Assembly: GCA_963741075.1 (NCBI GenBank) | Contig: CAVUGS010000002.1 | Span: 219,669 to 283,668 of the forward strand | DNA from: an uncultured Thermoleophilia bacterium | Lineage (GTDB): Bacteria > Actinomycetota > Thermoleophilia > UBA2241 | Length of the DNA: 64,000 nt | Direction of reading: 5' to 3' | In this document: in pieces, positions 11,786-24,987 of the stretch | Layout: the number at the start of each line of letters is the position of its first letter | Numbering within the stretch: position 1 is the first letter of the stretch | Notes under the pieces: model-generated | What the model saw: only the letters and a program-made list of their open reading frames with translations | Told to the model about the DNA's origin: nothing | Database searches by the model: none | Program-made: the position numbers and the translations under genes

Positions 11786-12941
11786 TCACTCGGCGACGGC
11801 GCGCCGCCGCCCCGTGGTGATGTCGATGACGTCGGCGCCGCCGCTCGTGCCGGAGCCGCGGCGTGTCCGCTTGGGCGCCTCCTTGGTGGCCGCCGTCTTC
11901 TTGGTGGCGGTCGCCCGCGCGGTCGTCTTCCCGGCCGGGCCTGCGCCTCTACTCCGCTTCGTCGCCTTCTTCGCCGGCGCGTCCGGCACGATGTGCGTCC
12001 CCGCCCGTCCGGCCATCGCCGGACCGACCTCGGTCAGCGAGGCGATCACGCTCTCGCCGCCGGCGTCGACGAAGCGCAGGCAGGCCTCGACCTTGGGGCC
12101 CATGGAGCCGGCCTTGAAGTGGCCGGCGGCGGCGTAGGCGCGCATCTCCGCGGCGGTGACGCGGCCGAGGCGCCGTCTGCTCCGGCGTGCCGTAGTGCAC
12201 GTAGGCCTTGGGCACGTCGGTGAGGATGAGCAGGGCGTCGGCGCCGAGCTCCTTGGCGAGCAGCGCGCGCGGCGAGGTCCTTGTCGATGACGGCGTCGAT
12301 GCCGCTCGAGGGCGCCGCGGCTGCGCACCACCGGCACGCCGCCGCCGCCCGAGCAGACGACGAGGCAGCCGCCGTCCAGCAGGTCGCGGACCGCCTCGAG
12401 CTCGACGATCTCGCGCGGCTCGGGGCTGGGCACGACGCGGCGCCAGCCTCTCCCCGCGTCCTCGCGCATGGCGAGGCCCTCCTCGAGCATCATCTTCTTC
12501 GCCTCGGCCTCGGAGTAGAAGGGGCCGACCGGCTTGCTAGGGGTCGGCGAACGCCTTGTCCTTGGGGTCGACGGCGACCTGGGTGACGATGGTCACCACC
12601 GGCGCCTCGAGCCTGCGCTTGCGCAGGTGGTTGGCGAGGGTCTGCGCCGCCATGTAGCCGATCTGGCCCTGGCTCTCGGCGCCGCAGACGTCCATCGGCA
12701 TCGGCGCCACCGTCTTGGCCGCGAGGGCGTTCTGGATCAGCAGGTTGCCGACCTGGGGGCCGTTGCCGTGGGTGAGCACGACGCGCCAGCCGTCCTCGAC
12801 CAGCTGCGCGATGCGGCGCATGGCGCCGTCGATGTTGAACAGCTGCTCCTCGAAGGTGCCGACCTGGCCGGGCTGGAGGATGGCGTTGCCGCCGAGGGCG
12901 ACGACGACGGTCTTGCCGTTCTTCTTGCCGGTTGCTGCCAT
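11786..12941 (-). CDS. arcC: Carbamate kinase with Lys/Ala/Thr-rich C-terminal tail (indels)
   Basis: ALGGNA, THGNGPQVG, RRVVPSP and GSMGPKV. Confidence 0.93.
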
Positions 12942-12951
12942 TGGTGTCCTT

Positions 12952-14407
12952 CTATCCTTGCACGTCGCTCACGGCGGCCGGCGCAGCGTCGCCGCTCCCG
13001 CGGGTGGAGTGCCGGTAGAGCCACCAGCCTATGAGGAGCGAGACGATCGTGCCACCGCCGGTGATGAGCCAGAACACGCCCTTCGAGACGCCCTCGGCCG
13101 GGAAGTAGAAGAAGAGGAAGAGGGTGAGCACGATGCCGACCTCGCAGAGGATGGTGCAGATCCACGCGCCGGCCTTGCCGCCCGGGATCACGTAGGGTCG
13201 CGGCTGGTCGGGGTGCTTGCGGCGCAGCACGAGCAGCGCCGGGAACATCAGCAGGTACGGGATCAGGAACACGATCGACGAGAGCGCGAACAGGGTCCAG
13301 AAGACGCTGGTCTGGTTCGGGTCGAGCACGTAGGCCAGGATCGTGATCGCCGTGGCGATGATGCCCATGAGCACGAACGCGTAGTCGGGCGTGCCGAAGC
13401 GCTTGTTGACGTGGCCGAACACGCCCGGGGCCGTGTCGTCCAGGCCCGTGGCGCTGATCGTCTGGTTGGCGCCGATGGACCAGGTCACCATGTTGCCGAA
13501 GAACGTGAACAGCAGGGCGACGATGGCGATGTTGAACAGCCAGCTCGCGCCGCCGAGCACCTCGTCGAACATGAGCTTGAGGGCGTCGGTGATGCCGGTG
13601 ACGATGCTGACGTCCTCGGTCTTGATCGACGCGAGGATGCCGAACGTCGCGAACATGTACACGGCGAGGATCGCGGCGCCGGCGAGGATGATCATCTTGG
13701 GCACGTCGCGCTTCGGGTCCTTGATGTTCCCGCCGGCCGAGCTCATGAGCTCGAAGCCCATGTACGAGTAGATGATGATCGGCAGGAACGAGAGGCTGTC
13801 GCGTGTTCCAGGCGGGCAGCCACTGGTCGAGCGAGAAGGAGTTGGCGGCGCCGTTCTTGACGACGTAGGCGACGCCCAGCGCCCCCAGGCCGACGAGCAC
13901 GATGACCTTGAGCGCGGCGCTCAGGTTGGGCACGAACTTGCTCCACTCGAGCGGCAGGATGCCGACGAGCACGATCGCCCACACCATGGCGATGACGATC
14001 ACGGCCTCCCAGAACGGCGGCACGTCGACGCCCCAGGCGACCTCGATCGCGCCGATGAACAGCACGAACACGGAGGGCGCCCACAGGGCCACGTTGACCC
14101 AGTACATCCACGAGGTCACCGTGCCCCAGCCGGGGCCGAAGGCGGTCTTGACCCACACGTAGATGCCGCCCTCGTCCGGCCAGGCGCTGCCCAGCTCGGC
14201 GGTGACGAAGCCGTACGGGATGAAGAACAGCAGGCCGAGGATGATCCAGAAGCCGAGGCCCTGGACGCCCATCGCGGCCGAGCTGCCCACGGTGTCGGCG
14301 ACGAGGATCGCCGACACGCTGAACAGCACCATGCTGAACAGGCCGAACACCTTCGGCTTCTCTGCGAGCGCTCCCCCGGGCGCTCCTGGCTGGAGATCGG
14401 TAGCCAT
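12952..14407 (-). CDS. APC family permease, putative agmatine/putrescine antiporter (one indel)
   Basis: AELGSAWPDEGGIYVWV and GFEL; about 12 hydrophobic segments; lies inside the agmatine operon. Confidence 0.85.
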
Positions 14408-14449
14408 GGTGGTGGTTCCTTTCGCTGAGAACGGGTGGCGCGGGTGCTG

Positions 14450-15460
14450 CTAGCTGAGCAGGGCCTTGCCGATGGGCTGCAGGTCGGGGTCGGCGGGCAG
14501 GTCGTCGATGCCGATCACCGCGAGCATGAGGGCCTTCTGGAAGTGCATCCGGTTCTGGGCCTGCGGGAAGATGAGGCTCATGGGGCCGTCGGCGATCTCG
14601 TCCACGACCTCTTCGCCGCGCATCGCCGGGAGGCAGTGCATGAACTTCGTCTCCGGCTTGGCGTGGCTCCACAGCTCGGGATTGACCTGGAAGGCCTTGA
14701 ACGCCTCGACGCGGTCCTTGTACTCGTCCTCCTGGCCGGTCCACCACCAGCAGTCGGTGTAGATGAAGTCGGCGCCGGCGATGGCCTCGAGCGGGTCGTT
14801 GGTGAGCAGGAACGACCCGCCGCTCTCGGCGGCGAACTGCGTGGCGAGCTCGACGAGCTCGGGCGCCATCTCGTAGCCGGCGGCGTTGCCGACGCGGACG
14901 TTCAGCCCGAGCTTGGTCAGCGTGGTCGAGAGGGAGTTGCAGGGGTGGGCGGCGTCGCCGACGTAGGCGAACGTGACGCCGGCCAGCGTGCCCGCGCTCT
15001 CGAGGATGGTGAGCGCGTCGCTCATGCTCTGGCAGGGGTGCCGGTCGTGGTCCATGCCGTTGATGACCGGCACGGTCGACCACTCGGCGAGCTCGTTCAC
15101 GGTCTCGTTCTTCTTGCTGCGGATCTCGATGGCGGCGTTGTACTGGCTGAGCGTGCGCGCCGTGTCGGCGATGCTCTCGCGGCCGGGGAGGTGGATCTCG
15201 CCGGGGCGCAGGTAGAGCGCGTTGCCGCCGAGCTCGGCGAAGCCGTTCTCGAAGCTGACGCGCGTGCGCGTCGAGGCGGCCTCGAAGATCATCGCCAGGT
15301 GCTTGCCGGGGAGGAACGGCGTCAGCGGGCGCTGCTTCCAGAGCGCCTTGAGGTTCACGGCGAGCTTGAGCAGGTCCTCGAGCTCCGCGCGCGTGTAGTC
15401 CAGGTCGGTGAGGAAGTGACGGCCGCGGAACTTCTTGAGGGCGGGGAGCGTGGTGTCCAA
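14450..15460 (-). CDS. Carbamoyltransferase, probable putrescine carbamoyltransferase
   Basis: STRTR, HPCQ and HCLPA; lacks the ornithine SMG motif; operon context. TTG start after AGGAGG. Confidence 0.85.
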   Translation of the reverse strand: MDTTLPALKKFRGRHFLTDLDYTRAELEDLLKLAVNLKALWKQRPLTPFLPGKHLAMIFEAASTRTRVSFENGFAELGGNALYLRPGEIHLPGRESIADTARTLSQYNAAIEIRSKKNETVNELAEWSTVPVINGMDHDRHPCQSMSDALTILESAGTLAGVTFAYVGDAAHPCNSLSTTLTKLGLNVRVGNAAGYEMAPELVELATQFAAESGGSFLLTNDPLEAIAGADFIYTDCWWWTGQEDEYKDRVEAFKAFQVNPELWSHAKPETKFMHCLPAMRGEEVVDEIADGPMSLIFPQAQNRMHFQKALMLAVIGIDDLPADPDLQPIGKALLS

Positions 15461-15517
15461 CTCGGTTCCTCCTGTGGTGGTGAGTCGCAAGCGACGTGAG
15501 CGCTGTCCGAAAGTTTG

Positions 15518-15535
15518 TTTGTCCGGACGGACAAA
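15518..15535. promoter_or_regulatory. Putative TetR operator TTTGTCC-N4-GGACAAA
   Basis: Perfect 7-bp inverted repeat between the divergent carbamoyltransferase and tetR genes. Confidence 0.65.
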
Positions 15536-15597
15536 TGTATACTACACAGCGTTGCAGCCGCCTGGCAAGCCGAGATCCAGGAGAGGATGAGGAGCCC

Positions 15598-16266
15598 ATG
15601 ACCCCGATCGACGAGAAGCGCAAGAGCCTGGCGCGCGGGGAGGGGCTCCCGGAGCCGCTGCTGCTCGAAGACCCCATGGAGGCGCTGCCGCCGACCGCGC
15701 AGCGGATCCTCGCGGCGGCGCAGCGGCTGCTGGCGGAGGGCGGGTTCGAGGCGCTCAAGCTCTCGGCCATCGCCAGGGAGGCCGGCGAGTCCAAGGCCAG
15801 CATCGGCTACCACTTCGGCAACAAGTCCGGTCTGGTCACCGCGCTGGTCGACTCGCTGGCGCACGACTCCAACCGCGGCCTGATCGAGGAGACGGCCGTG
15901 GTGCCGGCGGGGGAGGCGCGCGTGCATGCCCTCATCGACGGCGAGACCCGCATCGCCGCCGACGCCGAGAGCTTCCAGTCGTTCTTCGACGTCCTGCCGC
16001 ACGCGCTGCGCGACCCGGACCTGCGGGAGCGGGTCGCGGCTCTGTACGACGGCTACCGCGAGACCGTGCTTCGCTGCCTCGACGCGGCGGGCCCGGACGC
16101 GCCGGCCGAGCTCCGCCCGTTCGCCATGCTCATGATCGCCATCGTCGACGGCCTCGCCATCCAGCACGGCCTCGACCCCGACGGCGCCGACGTGCGCGCC
16201 GCCACCGAGCTCTGGGAGCGCCTGGCGCGGCCCTTCCTCACGGCGCCGGGCGAGACGGCGTCCTAG
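15598..16266 (+). CDS. TetR/AcrR family regulator
   Basis: RILAAAQRLLAEGGF...IAREAG...IGYHFGNK helix-turn-helix. Confidence 0.9.
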   Translation: MTPIDEKRKSLARGEGLPEPLLLEDPMEALPPTAQRILAAAQRLLAEGGFEALKLSAIAREAGESKASIGYHFGNKSGLVTALVDSLAHDSNRGLIEETAVVPAGEARVHALIDGETRIAADAESFQSFFDVLPHALRDPDLRERVAALYDGYRETVLRCLDAAGPDAPAELRPFAMLMIAIVDGLAIQHGLDPDGADVRAATELWERLARPFLTAPGETAS

Positions 16267-16333
16267 GCCGGTGCGCGCCGCCTGCCGCCGCGCCGAATGT
16301 GCCGGCCGCGCCCGGTCGGGTATCCTTAGCCGC

Positions 16334-17352
16334 ATGGACGCGGCCATCATCTGGGACGAGGCGTACGCCGAGCACGACACCGGCGAGCATCCCGAGGGCG
16401 CCGACCGGATCGCCTCGGTCGTCGGGCACCTCGAGGGCACGGACCTGTGGGACCGCCTCGTGGTGGCGACCTCGCCGGCGCCGGCCACGGAGGACGACGT
16501 CCTCCTCGTGCACACGCCGGCGCATCTCGCGATGGTCAAGCGTGCGGCGCAGGGGTCCGGCACCTGGCTGGACCCGGACACGCACGTCTCGCCGCGGAGC
16601 TACGAGATCGCGCTGCTCTCCGCCGGCGGCGCCCTGCTGGCGACGGAGCTCTGGAAGGACGGCCTCGTCCCGTTCGCGCTCATCCGTCCGCCCGGTCATC
16701 ACGCGACGCCCGACCGGGCCATGGGGTTCTGCCTCTTCAACAACATCGCCATCGCCGCGGCCAGGCTGCTCGCAGCAGGGCTACGAGCGGGTGGCGATCC
16801 TCGACTGGGACGTGCACCACGGGAACGGCACGCAGGCCGCGTTCTACGCCGAGCCTCGGGTGCTCTTCGGCTCGGCGCACGAGTGGCCGCACTATCCCGG
16901 CAGCGGCTTCTTCCCCGAGTGCGGAGAGGGGGCGGGGGAGGGGTTCACGGTGAACGTCCCCCTGCCGGCGGGCGCGGACGACGGCGACTACGCGAGCGTG
17001 TTCGAGCGTCGTGTTCGAGCCGATCGTGCGTCAGTTCAAGCCCCAGGCGCTGCTGGTCTCCGCCGGCCAGGACATCCACCGGGTCGACCCGCTCGGCGAC
17101 ATGCGCGTCGACGAGGCGGGGTTCGCGCAGATGGCGCTCCGCTGCGTGCGGCTGGCGCAGGAGCTCTGCGAGGGCCGGCTGGCGTTCGTGCTCGAGGGCG
17201 GCTACGACAGGACGGCGACGGCTCACTCGGTCGAGGCCATCCTGCGCGCGGTGCTCGACGAACGCGCGCCCGAGGTGGGCGGCGGCACCGACAAGGCGGC
17301 CGCCGCCGTGGCGCGGGCGCGCGAGGTCCAGTCGGCCTACTGGGACCTGTAG
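16334..17352 (+). CDS. Histone deacetylase family (acetylpolyamine amidohydrolase-like) protein (indels)
   Basis: HPE, RPPGHHA, GFCLFNN, DWDVHHGNGTQ and LEGGY. Confidence 0.92.
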
Positions 17353-17388
17353 GCCGGGCGGCCGGCGCCGGCCCGGCCCGGCGCGTCG

Positions 17389-18183
17389 TCAGACGACGAT
17401 CTGCACGATCCCCAGCCGCTCCATCTCGTCGCGCACGTCCTTGTCCACGGCGTCGTCGACGATCACGGTGTCGATCTTGTCGAGGGTGCAGATGGCGACG
17501 TCGCCGATGACGCCGAACTTGCTGGCGTCGGCGAGCACGGCGATCTCGCCGCGCGTCTGGCGGACCATGGCCCGCTCCACGCCGGCGAGGCCGATGCTGG
17601 GCGTGGTGACGCCCTCCTCGAGGCTCACGCCGTCCGCGCCCAGGATGAAGCGGCTGGCGTGGAAGGTGGAGACGGCCTCGATGGCGAGCGGCCCCTCGAG
17701 CGTGTTGGACCGCGACCGGTAGGACCCGCCCAGGAGCACGACGTCGAGAGAGCTGCGCTGCGCCGTGGAGAGCGCGCCGACGTTGTGCGTGACGATCCTC
17801 GCCTTGAGCTGGGGGTCGACGTGGCTGAGCACCTGCGCCGCGGTGGTCCCCGAGCTCAGGAACACGGTCTCTCCCGGCTGGATCATCTCGGCCGCCGCCC
17901 TGGCGATGCGCCGCTTCTCCTCGGAGTGGGCGCGCACGTTGGTGGCGTAGAGCGGCTCTTCGAGCATGCGCCGCTTGAGGATCGCGCCCCCGTGCATGCG
18001 CGAGAGCAGGCCGGCCTGCTCGAGCTGCTCGAGGTCGCGGCGGATGGTCATCTCCGAGACGCCGAGCGTCTCGCTGAGCACCGAGACCCTGACCGCGCGT
18101 CGCTCCTCCAGGAGCTCGACGATGCGCGCCCGCCGCTCCGCGGGGATCATCTCGTGGATCTCGGATGGTACGTCTGGCGCCAT
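17389..18183 (-). CDS. DeoR/GlpR family regulator
   Basis: VSEMTIRRDLEQL...HGGA helix-turn-helix; sensor domain ADASKFG. Confidence 0.93.
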   Translation of the reverse strand: MAPDVPSEIHEMIPAERRARIVELLEERRAVRVSVLSETLGVSEMTIRRDLEQLEQAGLLSRMHGGAILKRRMLEEPLYATNVRAHSEEKRRIARAAAEMIQPGETVFLSSGTTAAQVLSHVDPQLKARIVTHNVGALSTAQRSSLDVVLLGGSYRSRSNTLEGPLAIEAVSTFHASRFILGADGVSLEEGVTTPSIGLAGVERAMVRQTRGEIAVLADASKFGVIGDVAICTLDKIDTVIVDDAVDKDVRDEMERLGIVQIVV

Positions 18184-18204
18184 GTCGTGCCCCTCGCGCG
18201 TCGC

Positions 18205-18270
18205 CGTTCATAGTGCTACAAGTTCGCACACAGTCGCACATATCATAGGTTCCGCCACGAGGCGGTTCAA
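18205..18270 (-). promoter_or_regulatory. deoR promoter with TGTGCGA direct repeats
   Basis: Minus strand TTGAAC-17-TATGAT followed by two TGTGCGA repeats 10 bp apart (18224-18240). Confidence 0.6.
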
Positions 18271-18314
18271 GCACGCCGGGCGGTCCTGTCGGGTTCGGAA
18301 GCGCGCCCGGACGC

Positions 18315-18350
18315 GAAACGGCCGCCCCGCGAGGCGGGGCGGCCGTTTCT
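18315..18350. terminator. Hairpin downstream of tkt
   Basis: GAAACGGCCGCCCCGC/GCGGGGCGGCCGTTTC inverted repeat. Confidence 0.6.
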
Positions 18351-18400
18351 GTCCTGGCGCGGCGGCGGCGGATTCGCGCCGCCGCAGCGATGCGCGTGCG

Positions 18401-20411
<2,011 letters not shown>

Positions 20412-20507
20412 TCGGATCCTTTCTTGATGGCCGTCAGCCTCCGCTCTCCCGAGACGACCGGGGGAGAGCGGAGGCTGCGGACGAACGTCAGGCCGGCGTC
20501 GGTCGGC

Positions 20508-21596
20508 TCAGAAGTAGGCCTCGATGAACGCCATGAACCGCTCGCACTCCTCGGGCGTGCCGGGGGTGATGCGGAAGTAGCCTTCCTTGCCGTTGATCGG
20601 CTTGATGGTCTTGATGATGATCTGCTGCATGTCGTTGGCGGCCTGCACGATCTCGGCGCTGGTCTTGCCGGTCACGGAGGCGTCGACGAGCATGTAGTTG
20701 CCGTGCGCCTCGTAGGGCGTGAGGCCCTTGGCCGAGAGAGCGTCGGCGAACTTCTTCATCCAGTCGTTGTTGTAGACGACCTTGTCCTTGACCTCGCCCG
20801 TGTCCAGGATGGCCTCGGCCGCGGCGATCGCCATGAGGCTGAGGTTCCAGGGCAGGTACATGAGGTTGAACGCGTCCACGACGGTGGGGCTGCCGACCAT
20901 GTAGCCCATGCGGATGCCGGCGAGGCCGAACGCCTTGGAGAACGTGTGCGAGAGGAACACGTGCGGGTACTTCTTGACGAAGTCGACCTTGGCGTCGACC
21001 TGCGGATGGTAGTCGAGGTACGCCTCGTCGATGCACATCGGGATGCCGAGCTCGGCGAAGCGGGTGAGGTCGGCGTCGTCGATGAAGATGCCCGTCGGGT
21101 TGTTCGGGTTGATGATGAGGATCAGCTTGGTCTTGTCGTTGACGGCGGCGAGCATGCCCTCGACGTCGTACTGCAGGTCCTCGTCACGGAGCGGGATCTG
21201 CACCGTCTTGGCGTTGCAGTAGCCGGCGCGCGACGGGAACATCTCGAAGGTCGGGTTGGAGCAGAGGAACTCGTCGCCCGGCTGCAGGAAGATGCGCATC
21301 ATCGCGTCGATGGTCTCGGACGAGCCGTTGGCGAGGGCGATGTTCTCGGCCGCGAGGCCGTGCAGCTTGCCGAGCTTCTCGCGCAGGCGATAGGCGCGGT
21401 CCGGGTAGCGGTTGCCCTTCTTCGCCATGTCGGTGATCGCGGCGACCACGGCGTCCGACGGCGGCACCGGGTTCTCGTTGAGCATCATGCGGCCCAGCTC
21501 GGGGTGCGCCCACGCCTTGTCGAGCACGGCCGTGTTGTACTCGGGAGCCGTCCACACGTAGGGGTTGATGAGATCCTTGATGTCCGTCATGCCCAC
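20508..21596 (-). CDS. PLP-dependent class I/II aminotransferase (HisC-like)
   Basis: NENP, NGSSE, NPNNPTG, DEAY and [14 protein letters not shown]. Confidence 0.9.
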   Translation of the reverse strand: MGMTDIKDLINPYVWTAPEYNTAVLDKAWAHPELGRMMLNENPVPPSDAVVAAITDMAKKGNRYPDRAYRLREKLGKLHGLAAENIALANGSSETIDAMMRIFLQPGDEFLCSNPTFEMFPSRAGYCNAKTVQIPLRDEDLQYDVEGMLAAVNDKTKLILIINPNNPTGIFIDDADLTRFAELGIPMCIDEAYLDYHPQVDAKVDFVKKYPHVFLSHTFSKAFGLAGIRMGYMVGSPTVVDAFNLMYLPWNLSLMAIAAAEAILDTGEVKDKVVYNNDWMKKFADALSAKGLTPYEAHGNYMLVDASVTGKTSAEIVQAANDMQQIIIKTIKPINGKEGYFRITPGTPEECERFMAFIEAYF

Positions 21597-21635
21597 TGTC
21601 CTTTCGTCAATCAGGTGACCGTCAGGGCGCAGCTG

Positions 21636-22847
21636 TCAGGCCTTGCAGTTGCCCTTGAGGCAACCGTCGGCGAAGGCGACCATCTCGTTGGTGGCCTTGG
21701 AGAAGGCCTCGTGCGTCTTCACCAGCGCCGGATGCGTGTTGTACTCCTCGCGCGTGTAGCCGTCCTCGTCGTAGGCGCGGGCGAAGTACGGGATCTTGAG
21801 CAGCTTCTCCATCACGTCGGCCGGCGGGTCGACGTCGATCTGGTTCGGCTTGAACTTGATCTCGTTCGGCGCGCGGGAAGTTGATGACCTCGTCGATGAA
21901 GCTGCGGCGGGCAGGTGACGACGATGCTGGCGCCGGCCTTCTCCTCGAGGTGCCACAGGTGCTGGACGCCGTCGATCGTCGGGCCGAGGCGCAGCGAGCA
22001 GGAGAGCATCTTGCTCTGGTAGTTGCGCTCCTTGAGCGTGCGGTAGGCCTTCTTGAAGATCGCGAGCTCGGCGTAGCGGACGTCGGCCTCGCTGACCTCC
22101 AGGCCGACCTCGGCGCCGGCCTCACGCAGGCCGCCGAGGTCGCCGTAGCGGGCTTCCATGTGGGTGATGACCGAGCGCCACTTGCTGAGGTCCACGCCGT
22201 TGGCCTTGGCCTTCTCGAGGCCGCGCATGACCGACTTGGCGCAGTCGAGCAGCTGCGAGAGCACGAAGGTGAGGGTGTTGTTGGTGGCGATGCCGCGCGA
22301 GGTGAGCTCCTCGATGATCTCGTAGCCCTCGGCCGTGCCCGGTACCTTGACCATCACGTTGGGGTTCACGGCGTGGATCTCGAGCGCCTGGGCGAGCATG
22401 GCCTCGCCGTCGAACGCGCTGCGCGGGTCGACCTGGCCGGAGAGGAAGCCCTCCTTGTAGCCCGACGCCTCGAACAGCGGCAGGAACATGTCGGAGCCCT
22501 GCTTGACGACTTCCTTGTAGAGGAGCCAGAAGAGGCCCTCGGTGTCCAGGCCCTGGTTGTCGGCGAGGACCTTCTGCGCGACCTTCTCCCAGCGCGGCGG
22601 GTCGTCCTTGAACGCGGCGAGCGAGAGCGGCGGGTTGGTGGTGACGCCGCGGAAGAGCTGGCTCATCGGGTCGGCCAGTGTTGTACATGCGCGCGAACTG
22701 GCCCTTGAGGACGGGCTTGTCGGCGTCGTCGGCCTTGGCCAGCATCTTCTCGCACCAGTTGCCGAAGATGACCGGCGACGAGTCCCACCAGATCTCCATG
22801 CCGGGACTGACCGCTACCAGGTCTTCAAAGAGATTGGGGTCTTTCAT
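21636..22847 (-). CDS. Transaldolase family protein, divergent ~400 aa (indels)
   Basis: [25 protein letters not shown] and TNNTLTF. Confidence 0.85.
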
Positions 22848-23153
22848 GGATTACTCCTCCTCGAGGATCGGTTCCGTGGTTCGTGAGAAAGTGAACAAGG
22901 AGTCACTCAACTGCACATATTCGCTCCACAGTGCGCATCGTAGTGCACTCGCTCCCGGCTGTCTAGCAGGCCGGCGATGGCGGTGGCCCCAGGCGGGCCT
23001 CGCCGCGAGCCTGCGCGGAGGCGAGGTCGCAGAGCCGGCGTCCCTCGCGCGGGCGCGGCAGGGAACGGCGTGCAGCGGTCAGGCGCGCACACGAGAACGG
23101 GGCGGGCCGTGAGGCCCGCCCCGTTCGGGAGCGCTTGCTCGCTGTGACGCGAC

Positions 23154-24785
23154 TCAGATGCTGAGGTCGCGCTCGATCTCGGCGAGCTCTTCGGCCGAAC
23201 CCTGGACCTTCGGGCCCTTGAACCACTTGCGGGCCGAGACGGCGTACCAGAGGCCGGCGCCGCCGATCACGACGAGCACGGCGATCGGAGCGTAGTTGAA
23301 GGCCGTGAGCGTGAAGTCGGCGCTCCACGGCACTGCGGTGTTGTACTGCGGCAGCATCAGCAGGATGACGATGAAGACGACCCAGATGATCGCGATCCAG
23401 TTGATGATCGGGCCCCACGTCTTGCTGAGCACCCACGGGCCCGGCTGGAACGCGCTGGGGTTGATGCGGCGCAGGAACACCGGCGTCAGGTAGGCGATGT
23501 AGAGGCCGATGACGGCGATGGACGTGACCGCCGCGTACGCGGCGATGTTGTACAGGTACGGCAGCGCGAGGATGAACGCGCCGACGGCGCCGAACCAGGC
23601 GGTGCGCACGGGGACGTGGGCGCCCTTGCTGACGTGATGCCAGAAGTTCGAGAACGGCACCGCGCCGTCGCGCGAGAACGCGTAGACCATGCGCGAGTTC
23701 GCGGTGATCGACGACATGCCGCAGAAGAACTGCGCCACGATGACGACGAGGATGAGCAGCAGGCCGACGGCTTGCCGGCGGCGAAGATCGAAGATCGTCG
23801 CCCACGGCACGAGGTCGACAGCGATGGAGTCGTAGCCGGTGTACTCGATGCCGTTGATGGTCACCGGGAACGCATGCGGGATCGCGAAGCTCACGGCCGA
23901 CCAGCAGGATGAAGCCGGCGATCAGGGAGACCCAGATGGAGTTGACGATGCCCTTCGGGGCCGAGATGCGCGCGTGGATCGTCTCCTCGGAGACGTGCGC
24001 CGAGGCGTCGTAGCCGGTGAACGTGTACTGCGCGTTCAGGAGGCCGATGAGGAAGACGTAGAGCGGGATCGTGAAGCCGGAGAGGCCCTCGAACGCCTTC
24101 CAGCCCTCGCTGCCGAACAGGAAGCTGACCGACTGGTGGCTGCCCGACGACGGCGCCCAGAACAGCAGCACGAAGATGACCGCCACGCCGATGAGGTGCC
24201 AGTACACGGACACGTCGTTGAGCAGGGCGACGAGGCGGACGCTGAACGTGTTGAGCAGGCCCTGGAGGCCGAGCACCACGGCCAGGATGAGGATGGTGGC
24301 GTACGGCTCGAGCCACGTCTGCGCTGCCGGTCAGGATCGCCAGGAACGCCGAGATGGAGAAGGCGCAGCCGAAGCTGATGCCGGCGGTGACGGCGACCTG
24401 GCCGAGCAGGTTGAACCAGCCGGTGAACCAGGACCAGATCGGGGCGCTGTTGCCGGGAGCCAGCTTGGCGGCCCAGTAGTACAGGCCGCCGGCGGTCGGG
24501 AAGGACGGAGCAGATCTCGCCCATCGACATGCCGGCGAAGAGCACGAGCACGCCGACGAGCAGCCAGCCCCAGAGCATGACCGGCGGGCCGCCGTGCAGG
24601 AGGCCGTAGCCGTACAGCGTCAGGCAGCCCGAGAGGATGGAGATGATGGTGAAGGACACCGCGAAGTTCGAGAACTTGCTCATGCTCCGGTCGAGCTCCT
24701 GGGCGTAGCCCATCGCGTGGAGATCTTTGGTGTCCTGGTCGAGCTCTTCTCTGACCGGTGGTGAAGTGGACATGTCGTCTGGCAC
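23154..24785 (-). CDS. APC amino acid/polyamine permease (indels)
   Basis: MGYAQEL, NFAVSFTIISILSG, PTAGGLY and TGYDASAHVSEET. Confidence 0.9.
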
Positions 24786-24861
24786 GAGGAACCCCCCTTG
24801 TTCGCCCGACTGGCCTACGCTGGCGCGTATTGACCGCCATTCAGTACCAAGCGCGGGGAAC

Positions 24862-24911
24862 TGTCAAGGGAGTTGTGCGAACTTGTGACATTCGTGGGAG
24901 TTCGTGTGCGA
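24862..24911. promoter_or_regulatory. Permease promoter region with TGTGCGA-like repeats
   Basis: TTGACA on the minus strand (24862-24867); TGTGCGA, TGTGACA, CGTGGGA and TGTGCGA at roughly 10-bp spacing. Confidence 0.55.
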
Positions 24912-24916
24912 AAAAC

Positions 24917-24944
24917 GGGCGGCGGGCCGTCTGGCCCGCCGCCC
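24917..24944 (-). terminator. Intrinsic terminator after cydB
   Basis: GGGCGGCGGGCC/GGCCCGCCGCCC hairpin followed by a T-tract on the minus strand. Confidence 0.7.
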
Positions 24945-24960
24945 GTTCACATCAGGCGAT

Positions 24961-24978
24961 GTGTGAATCAGTTCACAC
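24961..24978. promoter_or_regulatory. Rex-like palindrome GTGTGAA-N4-TTCACAC
   Basis: Perfect palindrome resembling TTGTGAA-N4-TTCACAA. Confidence 0.45.
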
Positions 24979-24987
24979 CGGCTTGGC

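Noticed and set aside
12537-12539. Apparent in-frame TAG in carbamate kinase
   Set aside because: It arises from an extra base in a C run; removing it gives ADPSKPVGPFY. The downstream homology is in a different frame, so this is not readthrough.
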